From Kiritimatiellia bacterium (GTDB lineage Bacteria > Verrucomicrobiota > Kiritimatiellia > JAAZAB01): a DNA stretch of 64,000 nucleotides. Where the stretch lies: positions 173,133 through 237,132 of the forward strand of contig JAXGPF010000010.1 of the NCBI GenBank assembly GCA_040767085.1, written 5' to 3'. A program made the translations under genes and the position numbers. Below the pieces are notes generated by a model that had not been told where the DNA came from, made no database searches, and saw only the letters and a program-made list of their open reading frames with translations. Below are positions 9,247 to 19,235 of the stretch, in pieces (the stretch's first letter is position 1; each line of letters starts with the position of its first letter).

Positions 9247-10599
9247 ATGAACATCGATAGCGGCTTTGGCAAAATGAAGGCAAAACTGTTTTTGAAAAGC
9301 GCGGCCGGCATGCTGGCCTGTATCCTGGCGCAGGGGATCGCCGCCGGCGCCGAATATGCCCTGCATGTTCAAACGTGCAAACCGGAAGCGCTCTATGCGG
9401 TCGGCGAAAAGATCGTTTTCAGCGTGATGCTCACCGCGGACGGGGCGCCCTTGCCCGGCCAGACCGTGAACTATGCCATCACGCGCAACGGCCGCCGCGA
9501 TCCTGTCCGAGGCGCCATCACTTCCGCGGTAACGCCGGCTTCAATTGCAACGGTCATGGATAACCCGGGTTTTGCGCTATGCGCGGCGACCTTCACTGCG
9601 CCCACCGGCCAGACGGTGCGCGGGCTGGCCGGTGCCGGCGCCGCTCCCCTGGAGATCAAGCCCGGCCTTGAATTGCATGATGAGTTCGACCGATTCTGGG
9701 ATGCCCAAAAAGCGGCGCTCGAGAAGCTTCCGCTGGAATTCAGCCTGGAACCCGTTCCCGCGCCCGCCGGGTATGCGGGGAAGGTGGAATGTTTCGATAT
9801 CAAGGTCAATTGTCCTGGCGCCAAGCCGGTTTCCGGGTATTTGGCCAAACCCGTCCAGACGGTGAAAGCATCACTGCCGGCCATCGTCACCTATCACGGG
9901 GCGGGGGTGCGAAGCGCGAAAATCGAATTGGCCTGCTCCTGGGCGGAGAAAGGCATGCTCGCGCTCGATATCAATGCGCACGGCATCGCCAATGGGCAAC
10001 CCCCGGAGTTTTACGACCGCCTTAACACCACGGACTTGAAAGGTTATCCGCATTTAAACAAGGGTGACCGTGAAAAGTGTTATTTTCTGGGCATGTTCCA
10101 GCGGGTTTACCGGTCGCTGCAGTTTATCAAAAAACAGCCCGAATGGGACGGCAAATGCCTGGTCACCCGCGGCAGCAGCCAGGGTGGCGGGCAGTCTATC
10201 GCGGCCGCCGGATTGGATTCGCAGGTCACTTTTTGCGCGGCGCTGGTGCCAGCCCTTTGCGACCATTACGGCTATCTTGCCGGACGGGCGAATGGCTGGC
10301 CGCGGCTCATCGCGGTTGATCAATCCGGCCAACCGGCGCAGGTGGATGTCGTCGCCGCGGCCAAATACTTTGACGGCGTGAATTTTGCCGCGCGGATCAG
10401 GGCGGAGGCGATCTTTACCGCCGGGTTGATTGACAACACCTGCTGTCCGTCTTCCGTCTACTCCGCTTATAACTGTGTTCCCGGCCGGAAAGCCATCTTC
10501 AACAATCCGCGCTTCGGCCACCATAATCCGCCGGAAGCCGAGCAGGCCGTGGACCAGGCCATTGACGCGCATGTCTGGGCCATGCGCGCGCGAAAATAA
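9247..10599 (+). CDS. Acetyl xylan esterase / cephalosporin-C deacetylase (CE7-like), secreted
   Basis: Signal-peptide-like N-terminus, YHGAG, GSSQGGG nucleophile elbow, GLIDNTCCPSSVYSAYN, GH. Confidence 0.85.
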   Translation: MNIDSGFGKMKAKLFLKSAAGMLACILAQGIAAGAEYALHVQTCKPEALYAVGEKIVFSVMLTADGAPLPGQTVNYAITRNGRRDPVRGAITSAVTPASIATVMDNPGFALCAATFTAPTGQTVRGLAGAGAAPLEIKPGLELHDEFDRFWDAQKAALEKLPLEFSLEPVPAPAGYAGKVECFDIKVNCPGAKPVSGYLAKPVQTVKASLPAIVTYHGAGVRSAKIELACSWAEKGMLALDINAHGIANGQPPEFYDRLNTTDLKGYPHLNKGDREKCYFLGMFQRVYRSLQFIKKQPEWDGKCLVTRGSSQGGGQSIAAAGLDSQVTFCAALVPALCDHYGYLAGRANGWPRLIAVDQSGQPAQVDVVAAAKYFDGVNFAARIRAEAIFTAGLIDNTCCPSSVYSAYNCVPGRKAIFNNPRFGHHNPPEAEQAVDQAIDAHVWAMRARK

Positions 10600-10620
10600 C
10601 GCCGCCCGCCGCGGACGCCG

Positions 10621-12069
10621 TCAGGCCAGGCTGGCCAGATCCATGTTGCGGGCGGCGGCTACTTCATCCAGCCGGCCGATTTCGGTGGTGGCGGGCGCCG
10701 CATGCAACGCGTCGGAATTGGTACGCGCGATTTCCGCCAGTTCGGCCATGACCTCGGCGAAGCGGTCCAGGGTTTCGCGCGTCTCGGTTTCCGTGGGCTC
10801 CACCATCATGGCTTCCGGAACGATCAGCGGGAAATAAACCGTGGGCGGGTGGATGCCGCGGTCAATCAGGGCCTTGGCGAAATCCATGGCGCGCGCGCCG
10901 CCGGCTTGCCGGGGATCGACGCTGAGGACGAACTCGTGCATGCAGGGGCCGGAGTAATTGGCGGCGAAATGCTTGCGGAGCTTCTCGAGCAGGTAATTGG
11001 CGTTCAGCACGGCATGGTTGCTGACCGCGCGCAAGCCCTCGCGGCCGATCATCAGGCAGTAGGCGTAAGTCCGCACGAGCACGCCGAAATTGCCGTAAAA
11101 GGGCGCGACGTAGCCGATGCTTTTGGGGTAATCGTAGTCCAGGGCGAATGCGCCGTCCGTCCGCTTGATCACGCGGGAGATCGGCAGGTACGGCCGCAGC
11201 CGTTCGACGACGCCCACCGGGCCGGCGCCCGGCCCGCCGCCGCCGTGCGGCGTGGAGAATGTCTTATGCAGATTGAGGTGGCAGACGTCGAATCCCATGT
11301 CCGCCGGCTTGCACCGGCCGAGGATGGCGTTGAAATTGGCGCCATCGTAATACATCAGGCCGCCGGCGTCATGCACCAGCCCGGCGATCTGTTCCACGTC
11401 CGGCTCGAACAGCCCCAGGGTGTTGGGATTGGTCATCATCATGCCGGCGGTGTGTTCGTTCAGCGCGGCTTTGAGGGCTTCGACATCCACCGTACCGCGC
11501 GCATTGGACGGGATGGTCACGACTTCAAACCCGGCCAGCGCGGCGCTGGCGGGATTGGTGCCATGGGCCGAGTCGGGAATGAGGATTTGCTTTTTTTGCC
11601 GGCCCTGGTCGCGCTGCCAGGCCGCCATGATCATGGCGCCGGTGAGTTCCCCATGCGCGCCGGCCAGCGGCTGGAGCGTGAATTCGCGCATGCCGGTGAT
11701 TTCGGACAGCAGGCGTTCGGTTTCATACAGCAGGCGCAACGCGCCCTGGGTCAGCCGCCCTCCGTGGCTTAATTGCGGCCACAGCGGATGAATCTGGGCA
11801 AACCCCGGCAGCGCCGCCGCGGCTTCGCAAGCCTTGGGGTTGTACTTCATAGTGCAGGAGCCCAGCGGGTAGAAGTTGGTGTCCACCGAAAAATTCCGGC
11901 GCGAGAGATTGGTGAAATGGCGGACGACTTCCAATTCCGACGCTTCCGGCAGCGCCGGCGGCGCTTCCCGGAGAAATTTACGGTCAATCAAGTCCCGCAC
12001 CGGTACGGTCAGGCGCGGTGCGCGGGCCGCGCGCCGGCCGGGAACGCTTTTTTCGTAGATCAGTTGCAT
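10621..12069 (-). CDS. gcvPB: Glycine dehydrogenase (decarboxylating) subunit 2
   Basis: YPLGSCTMKYNPK, PDSAHGTNPASA, HLNLHKTFSTPHGGGGPG. Confidence 0.97.
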   Translation of the reverse strand: MQLIYEKSVPGRRAARAPRLTVPVRDLIDRKFLREAPPALPEASELEVVRHFTNLSRRNFSVDTNFYPLGSCTMKYNPKACEAAAALPGFAQIHPLWPQLSHGGRLTQGALRLLYETERLLSEITGMREFTLQPLAGAHGELTGAMIMAAWQRDQGRQKKQILIPDSAHGTNPASAALAGFEVVTIPSNARGTVDVEALKAALNEHTAGMMMTNPNTLGLFEPDVEQIAGLVHDAGGLMYYDGANFNAILGRCKPADMGFDVCHLNLHKTFSTPHGGGGPGAGPVGVVERLRPYLPISRVIKRTDGAFALDYDYPKSIGYVAPFYGNFGVLVRTYAYCLMIGREGLRAVSNHAVLNANYLLEKLRKHFAANYSGPCMHEFVLSVDPRQAGGARAMDFAKALIDRGIHPPTVYFPLIVPEAMMVEPTETETRETLDRFAEVMAELAEIARTNSDALHAAPATTEIGRLDEVAAARNMDLASLA

Positions 12070-12089
12070 TTTAATCCCTTCCGGTAAAA

Positions 12090-13430
12090 TCAAAGCGCCG
12101 CTTCCAGGGCGGCGGCGAAAATGTCAATTTCTTCCTTGGTGCGTTTTTCCGTGAAAGCCAGCAGCAGTTCCCGATCCATGCCCGGATAATACCGCGCCAC
12201 CGGGAAGCCCGCGGCGAAACCTTTGTCAATCATGGCGCTGACGACGTCGGCGGCGTGGACCGGCAGTGTCAGGCAGAATTCGTTGAAGAAATAATGCCGG
12301 TAAGTGGGCGTCACGCCGGGAATGGCGGTGAGTTTCCCCCAGGCATAGGCGGCATTGGCCGCGCAGATTTCCGCCGTCTCCGCCAGCCCGTGTTTCCCCA
12401 GCAGGCAGAGGTAGATCAGCGCGCGCAGCGCGCAGAGCGCCTGGTTGGAGCAGATGTTGGACGTGGCTTTTTCCCGGCGGATGTGCTGTTCGCGCGCTTG
12501 CAGCGTCAACACGAATCCGCGGCGCCCCCGGGCGTCCTTCGTCGCGCCCACCAGCCGGCCGGGCATTTTATGCACGTGCTTCGCGAGGGTGGCCATGAAG
12601 CCCAGGTAGGGTCCGCCGAAGGAAAGCGGCAGGCCCAGGCTCTGGCCCTCGCCGGTGACAATATCGGCGCCCATCGCACCCGGCGGACGCAGCAGCCCGA
12701 GAGACAGCGGATAAACGGACATGATGCCCAGCGCGCCGGCGGCATGCGCGGCGCCGATGATGTCCGTGAAATCATCCAGGCAGCCGAAGAAATTCGGGTT
12801 CTGCAGGATGACCGCCGCCGTGTTGCGGTCCAGCATCCCGGTCAGCGCGGCGCGGTCCGCCAGGCCGCTTTTCAGGGGCACTTCCCGGAATTCGAAATCC
12901 AGGTTAGCGGAGAGGCACTTGAGCATGGCGCGGTAAATGGGGTTGACGCCGGCGTCTATCAGCACCCGGCGGCGGCGGGTGATGCGGAAGGCCATCATGA
13001 TCGCCTCGAACAGGGCCGTGCCGCCGTCGTAAAGCGAGGCATTGGCGACCTCCATGCCCGTCAAGCGGCAGATGGCGCTTTGGTATTCATAGATGGCCTG
13101 GAGGGTGCCCTGTGAAATCTCGGGCTGGTAGGGCGTGTATGCGGTGAAAAATTCCGCGCGGCCCGCCAGTGCGTCCACCGCGGCCGGGATGAAGTGGTCG
13201 TAGAACCCGCCGCCGCAGAAGTTGACCAGTTGCGTGGCATTGGCGCCGGCGAGGCGTTGGAGCTTGCCGGCCATTTCCATTTCGGAGACGCCCGTCGGGA
13301 TATTGAAGCCGGCCGTCTGGAGACCGGCGGGGATATCGCGGAATAACTGTTCGAAATCGGCCAGGCCGATCGCGTGCAGCATTTCCCGGGCTTCGTCGGC
13401 GCCCGGGGCGTGGAAGAGAGTTGCGCTCAT
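12090..13430 (-). CDS. gcvPA: Glycine dehydrogenase (decarboxylating) subunit 1
   Basis: TAYTPYQPEISQGTLQ, NASLYDG, REQHIRREKATSNICSNQ. Confidence 0.97.
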   Translation of the reverse strand: MSATLFHAPGADEAREMLHAIGLADFEQLFRDIPAGLQTAGFNIPTGVSEMEMAGKLQRLAGANATQLVNFCGGGFYDHFIPAAVDALAGRAEFFTAYTPYQPEISQGTLQAIYEYQSAICRLTGMEVANASLYDGGTALFEAIMMAFRITRRRRVLIDAGVNPIYRAMLKCLSANLDFEFREVPLKSGLADRAALTGMLDRNTAAVILQNPNFFGCLDDFTDIIGAAHAAGALGIMSVYPLSLGLLRPPGAMGADIVTGEGQSLGLPLSFGGPYLGFMATLAKHVHKMPGRLVGATKDARGRRGFVLTLQAREQHIRREKATSNICSNQALCALRALIYLCLLGKHGLAETAEICAANAAYAWGKLTAIPGVTPTYRHYFFNEFCLTLPVHAADVVSAMIDKGFAAGFPVARYYPGMDRELLLAFTEKRTKEEIDIFAAALEAAL

Positions 13431-13458
13431 GATTGCTCCTGGATTGATAAAAATGTTT

Positions 13459-14553
13459 TCAGGCCGGCGGCGTTTTCCGGCGTGCGGTGCCGCCGGTGTA
13501 GAGGGGCAGGGGGGCCACTACCGCCGGCAGCCGGCGGCCGCGGGCTGAAATTTCCAGTTGCCGCCCGGGCGCGGCGCAGGCGCGGTCCACATACGCCAGC
13601 GCCGCCGCCCGGTTGAGGCTGGGGGCGAACAAGCCGCTGGTGACCGCGCCGGCTTCCGCGTCGCCGCTGAACACGATGTCGCCCGGGCGCGCGGCCATGC
13701 GGCCCGGCAGCAGCAGGCCCACCAGGTCGCGGCGCCGGTCATCTTCCAGTTCCCGCCGCACGGCGTCGCGCCCGATGAAGTTTTTATCGAAATTCATGAA
13801 ACGGCCCTGCGACGCCCCGGCGGGCGTCCGCTGGCGGCTCAATTCATGCCCGTAGAGGGCGTAACCCGCTTCCAGGCGCAGGGTATCGCGCGCGCCCAAG
13901 CCCGCGGGTTTGATCGCGCCCGCGCCCAGCAGCAGGCGCCAGAAATGGCGCACCCGCGCGGCGGGCAGAAACAGTTCGTAACCCCATTCGCCGGTGTAAC
14001 CCGTCCGGCTGAGCAGGCAGGGCGTATCCTGCCAGACGACTTCCTGGAAGCGGAAATATTTCAAGTCCGGCACCTGGCCCGGGAAAATTTCCGCCAGCGC
14101 CGCGTGGGAACGCGGGCCCTGGATGTCCAGCTTGGCGGTATCCGGCGAGCAATCCAGGAAGGTGGTGTTGCTGGAGACATGCTCGCGGATCCAGGCGGCA
14201 TCGCCGGCCGCCGTGCCGGCGTTGACCACCAGCCAGAACCGGTCGGCGCCCATGCGGAAGCAGATCAAGTCGTCAATCACCCCGCCGCGCTCGTCCAGCA
14301 GGTAACCGTATGCGCCCGCGCCGGCGGGGATGGCCGCAATGGATTGCGTCAGCAGGCGTTCCAGGTCCGCTTCCGCGCCCGGGCCGCGCAATTCGAATTC
14401 GCCCATGTGGCAGATGTCGAAAACCGTGGCCTGGCTGCGGGTGGATTGGTGCTCGGGGATGATGCCGGTGTAGAGCAGCGGCATCTCCCAGCCGGCGAAG
14501 TCCACCATGCGGGCCTTCAAACCGGTGTGTTCTTCGTAAAGCGGTGTTCTCAT
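13459..14553 (-). CDS. gcvT: Glycine cleavage system aminomethyltransferase T
   Basis: MRTPLY, FAGWEMP, FDICHMGE, SRTGYTGE, GLGARDTLRLEAG. Confidence 0.96.
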   Translation of the reverse strand: MRTPLYEEHTGLKARMVDFAGWEMPLLYTGIIPEHQSTRSQATVFDICHMGEFELRGPGAEADLERLLTQSIAAIPAGAGAYGYLLDERGGVIDDLICFRMGADRFWLVVNAGTAAGDAAWIREHVSSNTTFLDCSPDTAKLDIQGPRSHAALAEIFPGQVPDLKYFRFQEVVWQDTPCLLSRTGYTGEWGYELFLPAARVRHFWRLLLGAGAIKPAGLGARDTLRLEAGYALYGHELSRQRTPAGASQGRFMNFDKNFIGRDAVRRELEDDRRRDLVGLLLPGRMAARPGDIVFSGDAEAGAVTSGLFAPSLNRAAALAYVDRACAAPGRQLEISARGRRLPAVVAPLPLYTGGTARRKTPPA

Positions 14554-14658
14554 GCGAACCCCCAAGGTTGTTGGAACGACGGCCATGAATTGAAAAATTT
14601 TAATTTATGATACCAGAATCCCGGTTTGATTTTCAAGCTTATCTTTCGGTTTCGATGC

Positions 14659-14687
14659 TTGACGCTGCCGGGGCGATTCAGTAGCAT
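14659..14687 (+). promoter_or_regulatory. Putative sigma70 promoter for STAS-GPP34 genes
   Basis: TTGACG-17 nt-TAGCAT. Confidence 0.45.
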
Positions 14688-14724
14688 GTTGCACGTAAAC
14701 CGATTGAGGATTGAGGAGACGCGC

Positions 14725-15060
14725 ATGCATTTCACCGATCGGCAGGAGGGCCGGGTGGCCGTGGTGGCGGCGGGGGGACGGATGGATGCCCCCGGGGCGC
14801 CGCTGATGGAACAGCATTTGCGGCATTTGGCGGACGAAGGCCGGACGCGGGTGGTGGTGGATTGCGCGGATTTGGAATACGTCAGCAGCGCCGGCTTGCG
14901 GGTATTCCTGGCCGCGGCCCGGCAGGCCCGGAACGCCGATGGCGCCTTTGCGCTGGCCAGCATGCCCAGGAGCGTCCGCGAGATTTTCGATATCGCCGGA
15001 TTTTCGGCGATCATACCCATTTTTAATACGGTGGCGGAGGCCGTGCAGGCCTGCAGCTGA
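14725..15060 (+). CDS. STAS-domain anti-sigma factor antagonist (SpoIIAA/RsbV-like)
   Basis: GRMD...VVVDCADLEYVSSAGLRV...IFDIAGF. GAGGAG before ATG 14725. Confidence 0.9.
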   Translation: MHFTDRQEGRVAVVAAGGRMDAPGAPLMEQHLRHLADEGRTRVVVDCADLEYVSSAGLRVFLAAARQARNADGAFALASMPRSVREIFDIAGFSAIIPIFNTVAEAVQACS

Positions 15061-15080
15061 AACAAACAGGAGAATGTATC

Positions 15081-15731
15081 ATGTTGACCTTTGCCGAGGA
15101 AATTCTGTTGCTGGCGCTGGACGATCAGCAGGGCGTGATCAAGCCCCTGCCGGTGTCCGCCATGGAATACGCTTTGTCGGGCGCTGTGCTGATGGATCTG
15201 GCGTTGGCGAACCGGATTGACACGGACTTGAAACAACTGCGCGTAGTGGACGGCGCTCCCACCGGCGACGAGATCCTGGACGAGACGCTGAAGATTCTGC
15301 AATCCCAGCCGGCGCCGCAGACTACCACCCACTGGCTGAGCTACCTGGCCGGGCAGGCGAAGGATTTGCAGGACCGGGTCCTCAAGCGGCTGGTGAAGAA
15401 GGGCATCCTGAAACTGGAAAACCGCAAAATTCTCTGGGTGTTCCAGGTGCGCCGATATCCCTTGCAGGACAACCGGGAAGTCAAGGAAGTCAAAACCCGT
15501 CTGCGGGAGTTAATCATGAGCAGCGAAATTCCCGACGCCCGCGAGGCGGTGTTGATCGGCCTGGTGAACGCCTGCCGCCTGTTTGACGAAATATTTTCCG
15601 AGACGGAGTTGGACAAGTATCGCCCGCGGATCGCCGCTTTGGCCAAGTTGGACCTGATCGGCCAGGAGGTGGCGCGCTCCATTCATGAAATCGCCCAGGC
15701 CATGGCGCTGGCCATGCCGATGATGGTGTGA
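15081..15731 (+). CDS. GPP34 family protein (bacterial GOLPH3/Vps74 homologue)
   Basis: MLTFAEEILLLALDD, ALSGAVLMDLAL..RI, PTGD.ILD, L..L..KGIL..E..KILWVF...RYP pattern. Confidence 0.8.
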   Translation: MLTFAEEILLLALDDQQGVIKPLPVSAMEYALSGAVLMDLALANRIDTDLKQLRVVDGAPTGDEILDETLKILQSQPAPQTTTHWLSYLAGQAKDLQDRVLKRLVKKGILKLENRKILWVFQVRRYPLQDNREVKEVKTRLRELIMSSEIPDAREAVLIGLVNACRLFDEIFSETELDKYRPRIAALAKLDLIGQEVARSIHEIAQAMALAMPMMV

Positions 15732-15732
15732 A

Positions 15733-16110
15733 TCAAGCCTGGTTTTCCAGCGTCTTGCGCTGCATCACGGCCAGGTAGCGGTCGGCTTCCTCCAGGCTGG
15801 AGAAAATCGCTTCCTTGGGCAGGGCGGCGGCGATTTCAAAAACCTTGGCGATCTGCGGCGGCAGCCGGACCATCATAAAGCTCCGGTTCTGCGACTCCAG
15901 CGCCTTGCGCGCCTTGAAAATCAGCCGGAGCCCCATGCTGCTGATGTAATCCAGCCCGGACATGTCGCAAACCAGCACCCGGAATCCCGGCGCCGCCAGG
16001 GCGGGCAGGAGTTTTTGTTCGCACAGCGGCGCGGTGGCGGTGTCCAGCCGGCCGGACAGGGACACGAGGCAGCGGCCATTTTCGGGTTTGGCAATACGGA
16101 TGTCAAACAT
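15733..16110 (-). CDS. STAS-domain anti-sigma factor antagonist
   Basis: LSGRLDTATAP, DMSGLDYISSMGLR, KVFEI. Confidence 0.88.
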   Translation of the reverse strand: MFDIRIAKPENGRCLVSLSGRLDTATAPLCEQKLLPALAAPGFRVLVCDMSGLDYISSMGLRLIFKARKALESQNRSFMMVRLPPQIAKVFEIAAALPKEAIFSSLEEADRYLAVMQRKTLENQA

Positions 16111-16270
16111 CTTCAGCTCCTTGTGGCTAGCGGGATTGGATGATTAAGCACAGCGGCAAATTATCACAAGCGTCTTCGGAATGCCAGCAAAATTGCAGAA
16201 TTATCTTTTGTGTTTCGGCGGCGATGTGCTATGATCACTAATTAATTTTTCCAACCAAGGATCAAGGCGC

Positions 16271-17293
16271 ATGCGCGAAAATTACGCCGCGGAGTTGAAT
16301 CGCAAAGATCTGGAATTGGACGTTAGCTTGCGGCCGGCGAAATTCCCGGATTTCATCGGACAGGTTAAAATCCGCGATCGGCTGGAGTTGTTTGTCGCTG
16401 CGGCGCGGGGCCGGAACGAGGTGCTGGACCACGTCCTGCTTTCCGGCCCCCCCGGCCTCGGCAAGACCACGCTGGCCTACATCCTGGCGGATGCCATGGG
16501 CAGCAACGTGCGCGCCACTTCCGGCCCCGTGATCGACAAACCCGCCGACCTGGCCGGCATCCTCACCAGCATCGAGCCGGGGGATGTGGTGTTTATTGAT
16601 GAAATCCACCGCATGCAGAAATCCGTGGAAGAGTACCTGTATTCCGCCATGGAAGATTTCGTGATTGACATCATGCTGGACCAGGGCGCCAATGCCCGCG
16701 CGGTCCGCTTGAACCTTCCGCGTTTCACCCTGGTCGGCGCCACCACCCGCAGCGGCCTGCTTTCCGCTCCGCTGCGCTCCCGCTTCGGCCTGGCCTGCCG
16801 CCTGAATTATTACGGCCACGCGGATTTGCAGGCGATCGTGTTCCGGTCCGCCCGGCTGTTGAAGGTGGATGTGGATGCGGACGGCGCGCTGGAAATCGCC
16901 GCGCGCGCCCGCGGCACGCCGCGCATCGCCAACAACCTGCTGCGGCGCGTCCGCGACTACGCGCAGATACGCGCGGACAATAAGGTCACCCGCCCGGTCG
17001 CCGACCGGGCGCTGGCGATGCTGGAGATTGACCGGTACGGCCTGGACGAGATGGATAAACGCCTGCTGGAAACGCTGGTGCATAAATTTTCCGGCGGCCC
17101 CGTGGGATTGAACTCGCTCGCCGTCTCCGTCGGAGAAGAGCCCGACACCATCGAGGAAGTTTACGAGCCTTACCTGATCCAGGAGGGATACCTGCAGCGC
17201 ACACCCCAGGGGCGCCTGGCCACCGCCTTGTGTTACGAGCGGCTGGGTTTGCCCGCGCCGGGAGCGCGGTCCCGCCAGGGGGAATTGCTCTAA
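16271..17293 (+). CDS. ruvB: Holliday junction branch-migration helicase RuvB
   Basis: [43 protein letters not shown]. Confidence 0.98.
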   Translation: MRENYAAELNRKDLELDVSLRPAKFPDFIGQVKIRDRLELFVAAARGRNEVLDHVLLSGPPGLGKTTLAYILADAMGSNVRATSGPVIDKPADLAGILTSIEPGDVVFIDEIHRMQKSVEEYLYSAMEDFVIDIMLDQGANARAVRLNLPRFTLVGATTRSGLLSAPLRSRFGLACRLNYYGHADLQAIVFRSARLLKVDVDADGALEIAARARGTPRIANNLLRRVRDYAQIRADNKVTRPVADRALAMLEIDRYGLDEMDKRLLETLVHKFSGGPVGLNSLAVSVGEEPDTIEEVYEPYLIQEGYLQRTPQGRLATALCYERLGLPAPGARSRQGELL

Positions 17294-17345
17294 CCGGCGG
17301 TTGCATTTTGATAGATACATAACCCGACATCCACGAGGTGAAATC

Positions 17346-19211
17346 ATGCCGAATAACAAACGCTCCAGCAAGTCCCAGCAGCCCGCCGCCGCCCGCGGCC
17401 CGCGCGGATTCGCCCCCGCGGCGCGCCGCCTGGCCGGCCATGTCCCGACTATCGCCATTACCCCGGTGGCCGACGGCCGCCCCGGCGCGTACGAATCCAA
17501 CCTCGCCGGCACCTGGGGCATGGCGGATAAGGTCGCGCGCCTGATCCGCGAAAACGTGGTGCTGCCCGATGGCACGCCCGTGCGGGTGGTCACGCCCCCG
17601 GAAATCGTTTACGGCGCGCGCACCGGCGCGCTGGCCCAGGAATATTACGCCCGCGAAGGCGTCAGCGCCAATATCTGGGTCAGCCGCTCCTGGGCCTACA
17701 GCGATGAATTGATGAGCGCCTGCCAGGGGCTTGGCAGCAGCGAATGGATTCAGGCCGCCTACGGCTTGAACCAGACTGACCGGCCGGGCGCGGTCTGGCT
17801 GAAGGCTTTTTGCGCGGCCATGGATGAAAAGGAACGGCCGATCTTTTCCATCTACAATCCGGACTTGGAGGCGGAAGACGGCGAATTGGCGCCCTACGTG
17901 CGCGAGCGCCTCCTGCGTTTCGCGCGCTGCGCCGCGGCGGTGGCGGAAATGCGCGGCAAAAACTACCTTTCGCTGGGCGGCGTCTCCATGGGCATCATCG
18001 GCGCGGATGTCCGGCGCAATACCTTCCTGCATTACCTGGGCATGGGCGCTGTTTCCGTGGACATGGTGGCCATCAAGGGCCGGATTGACCAGGGCTTCTA
18101 TGACCACGAGGAGCTGGAGCGGGCCTTCCGCTTCCTCAAGGAAAACGCCACCTTCGAGTTCGGCGCCGGCGCGCGCCCATCGGCGCCCGACGAACTGCTG
18201 CGCACCAGCATCCTGATGACCATGATCACCCGGGACTTGATGATCGGCAATCCCAAACTGGCGGATGCGGCTTTTGCCAAGCGCCATGGCTTCAAGGTCA
18301 ATGTCGAGCGCGCCCAGGGCGCGAACGCCATCGTTGCCGGCACCCAGGGCCAGCGGGCCTGGACCGATTTGTATCCCAACTTCGACTTGACCGAAGCGCT
18401 CCTGAACAGTTCGTTCGACTGGAGCGGTGGGCGTCCCCCGTTTGTCGTGGCGACGGAAAACGATTCCAAAAACGCTATCGGCATGCTCGCGGCGCACCTG
18501 TTGACCGGGCTGCCCCAGTTGTTCGCCGATATCCGCACCAACTGGACCGCGGACAGCATCCGCCAGGCCACCGGGCATGATATTTCCAAGCTGGCCCCCG
18601 CCGGATTTATCGACAAGCGCAATTCCGGCGCCGGCGCGCTGGAATACGCGCTGGACCTACCCGGCCTGGCCGGCCGCGGTTGGACGATGCCGGCGATTGC
18701 CGCCCGCCTGCGGGATGACGCGGGCTTCCAGGCGCAAGTGGCCCGGGAAGCCTTCCGCCGCACGAAGTTCATCCATGCCGCCCTGGAATATTTCCCCGGC
18801 GACGGCCTGTCCAGCCATTACCGCACGCCGGGCGGCATTCCGGTTACGGCTTATCGCTATAACATGGTCGGCGAACGGTTGACCTGTTCCGTCGTGGAGG
18901 GCGATACGATTGACCTGCCGCCGGCCGTGGCCGAGCACGTCAACCGCGTCACCGATCCCACCTGGCCGGAAACCGCCTGGCGCCCGCGCGGCATGTCGTC
19001 CTTCGAATACATGACGCGCATCGGGCCGAACCACGACGGCAATTCCTTCGGCTGTATCGGCGCCGACATGCTCACCTTGAACGCCATGCTGCGCATTCCG
19101 GTGGACCTGCATAACGTGGCGCCGGCAGACGTTTTCCGCCCGACGCTCTGGGACCGGTTCGGCGGAGACGATTTCCGGGCCTGCGCCTTTTTGGGGCCGC
19201 TGTATCGTTAA
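17346..19211 (+). CDS. fucI: L-fucose isomerase
   Basis: TDRPGAVWL, YLSLGGVSMGI, RDLMIGNPKL, QGQRAWTD, LNSSFDW, ATEND, TDPTWP. Confidence 0.88.
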   Translation: MPNNKRSSKSQQPAAARGPRGFAPAARRLAGHVPTIAITPVADGRPGAYESNLAGTWGMADKVARLIRENVVLPDGTPVRVVTPPEIVYGARTGALAQEYYAREGVSANIWVSRSWAYSDELMSACQGLGSSEWIQAAYGLNQTDRPGAVWLKAFCAAMDEKERPIFSIYNPDLEAEDGELAPYVRERLLRFARCAAAVAEMRGKNYLSLGGVSMGIIGADVRRNTFLHYLGMGAVSVDMVAIKGRIDQGFYDHEELERAFRFLKENATFEFGAGARPSAPDELLRTSILMTMITRDLMIGNPKLADAAFAKRHGFKVNVERAQGANAIVAGTQGQRAWTDLYPNFDLTEALLNSSFDWSGGRPPFVVATENDSKNAIGMLAAHLLTGLPQLFADIRTNWTADSIRQATGHDISKLAPAGFIDKRNSGAGALEYALDLPGLAGRGWTMPAIAARLRDDAGFQAQVAREAFRRTKFIHAALEYFPGDGLSSHYRTPGGIPVTAYRYNMVGERLTCSVVEGDTIDLPPAVAEHVNRVTDPTWPETAWRPRGMSSFEYMTRIGPNHDGNSFGCIGADMLTLNAMLRIPVDLHNVAPADVFRPTLWDRFGGDDFRACAFLGPLYR

Positions 19212-19235
19212 GTTTGGAACTGGCAAAACAACAGT

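Noticed and set aside
14554-14720. Glycine riboswitch upstream of gcvT
   Set aside because: No recognisable aptamer motifs. The spacer is short and contains a divergent promoter.
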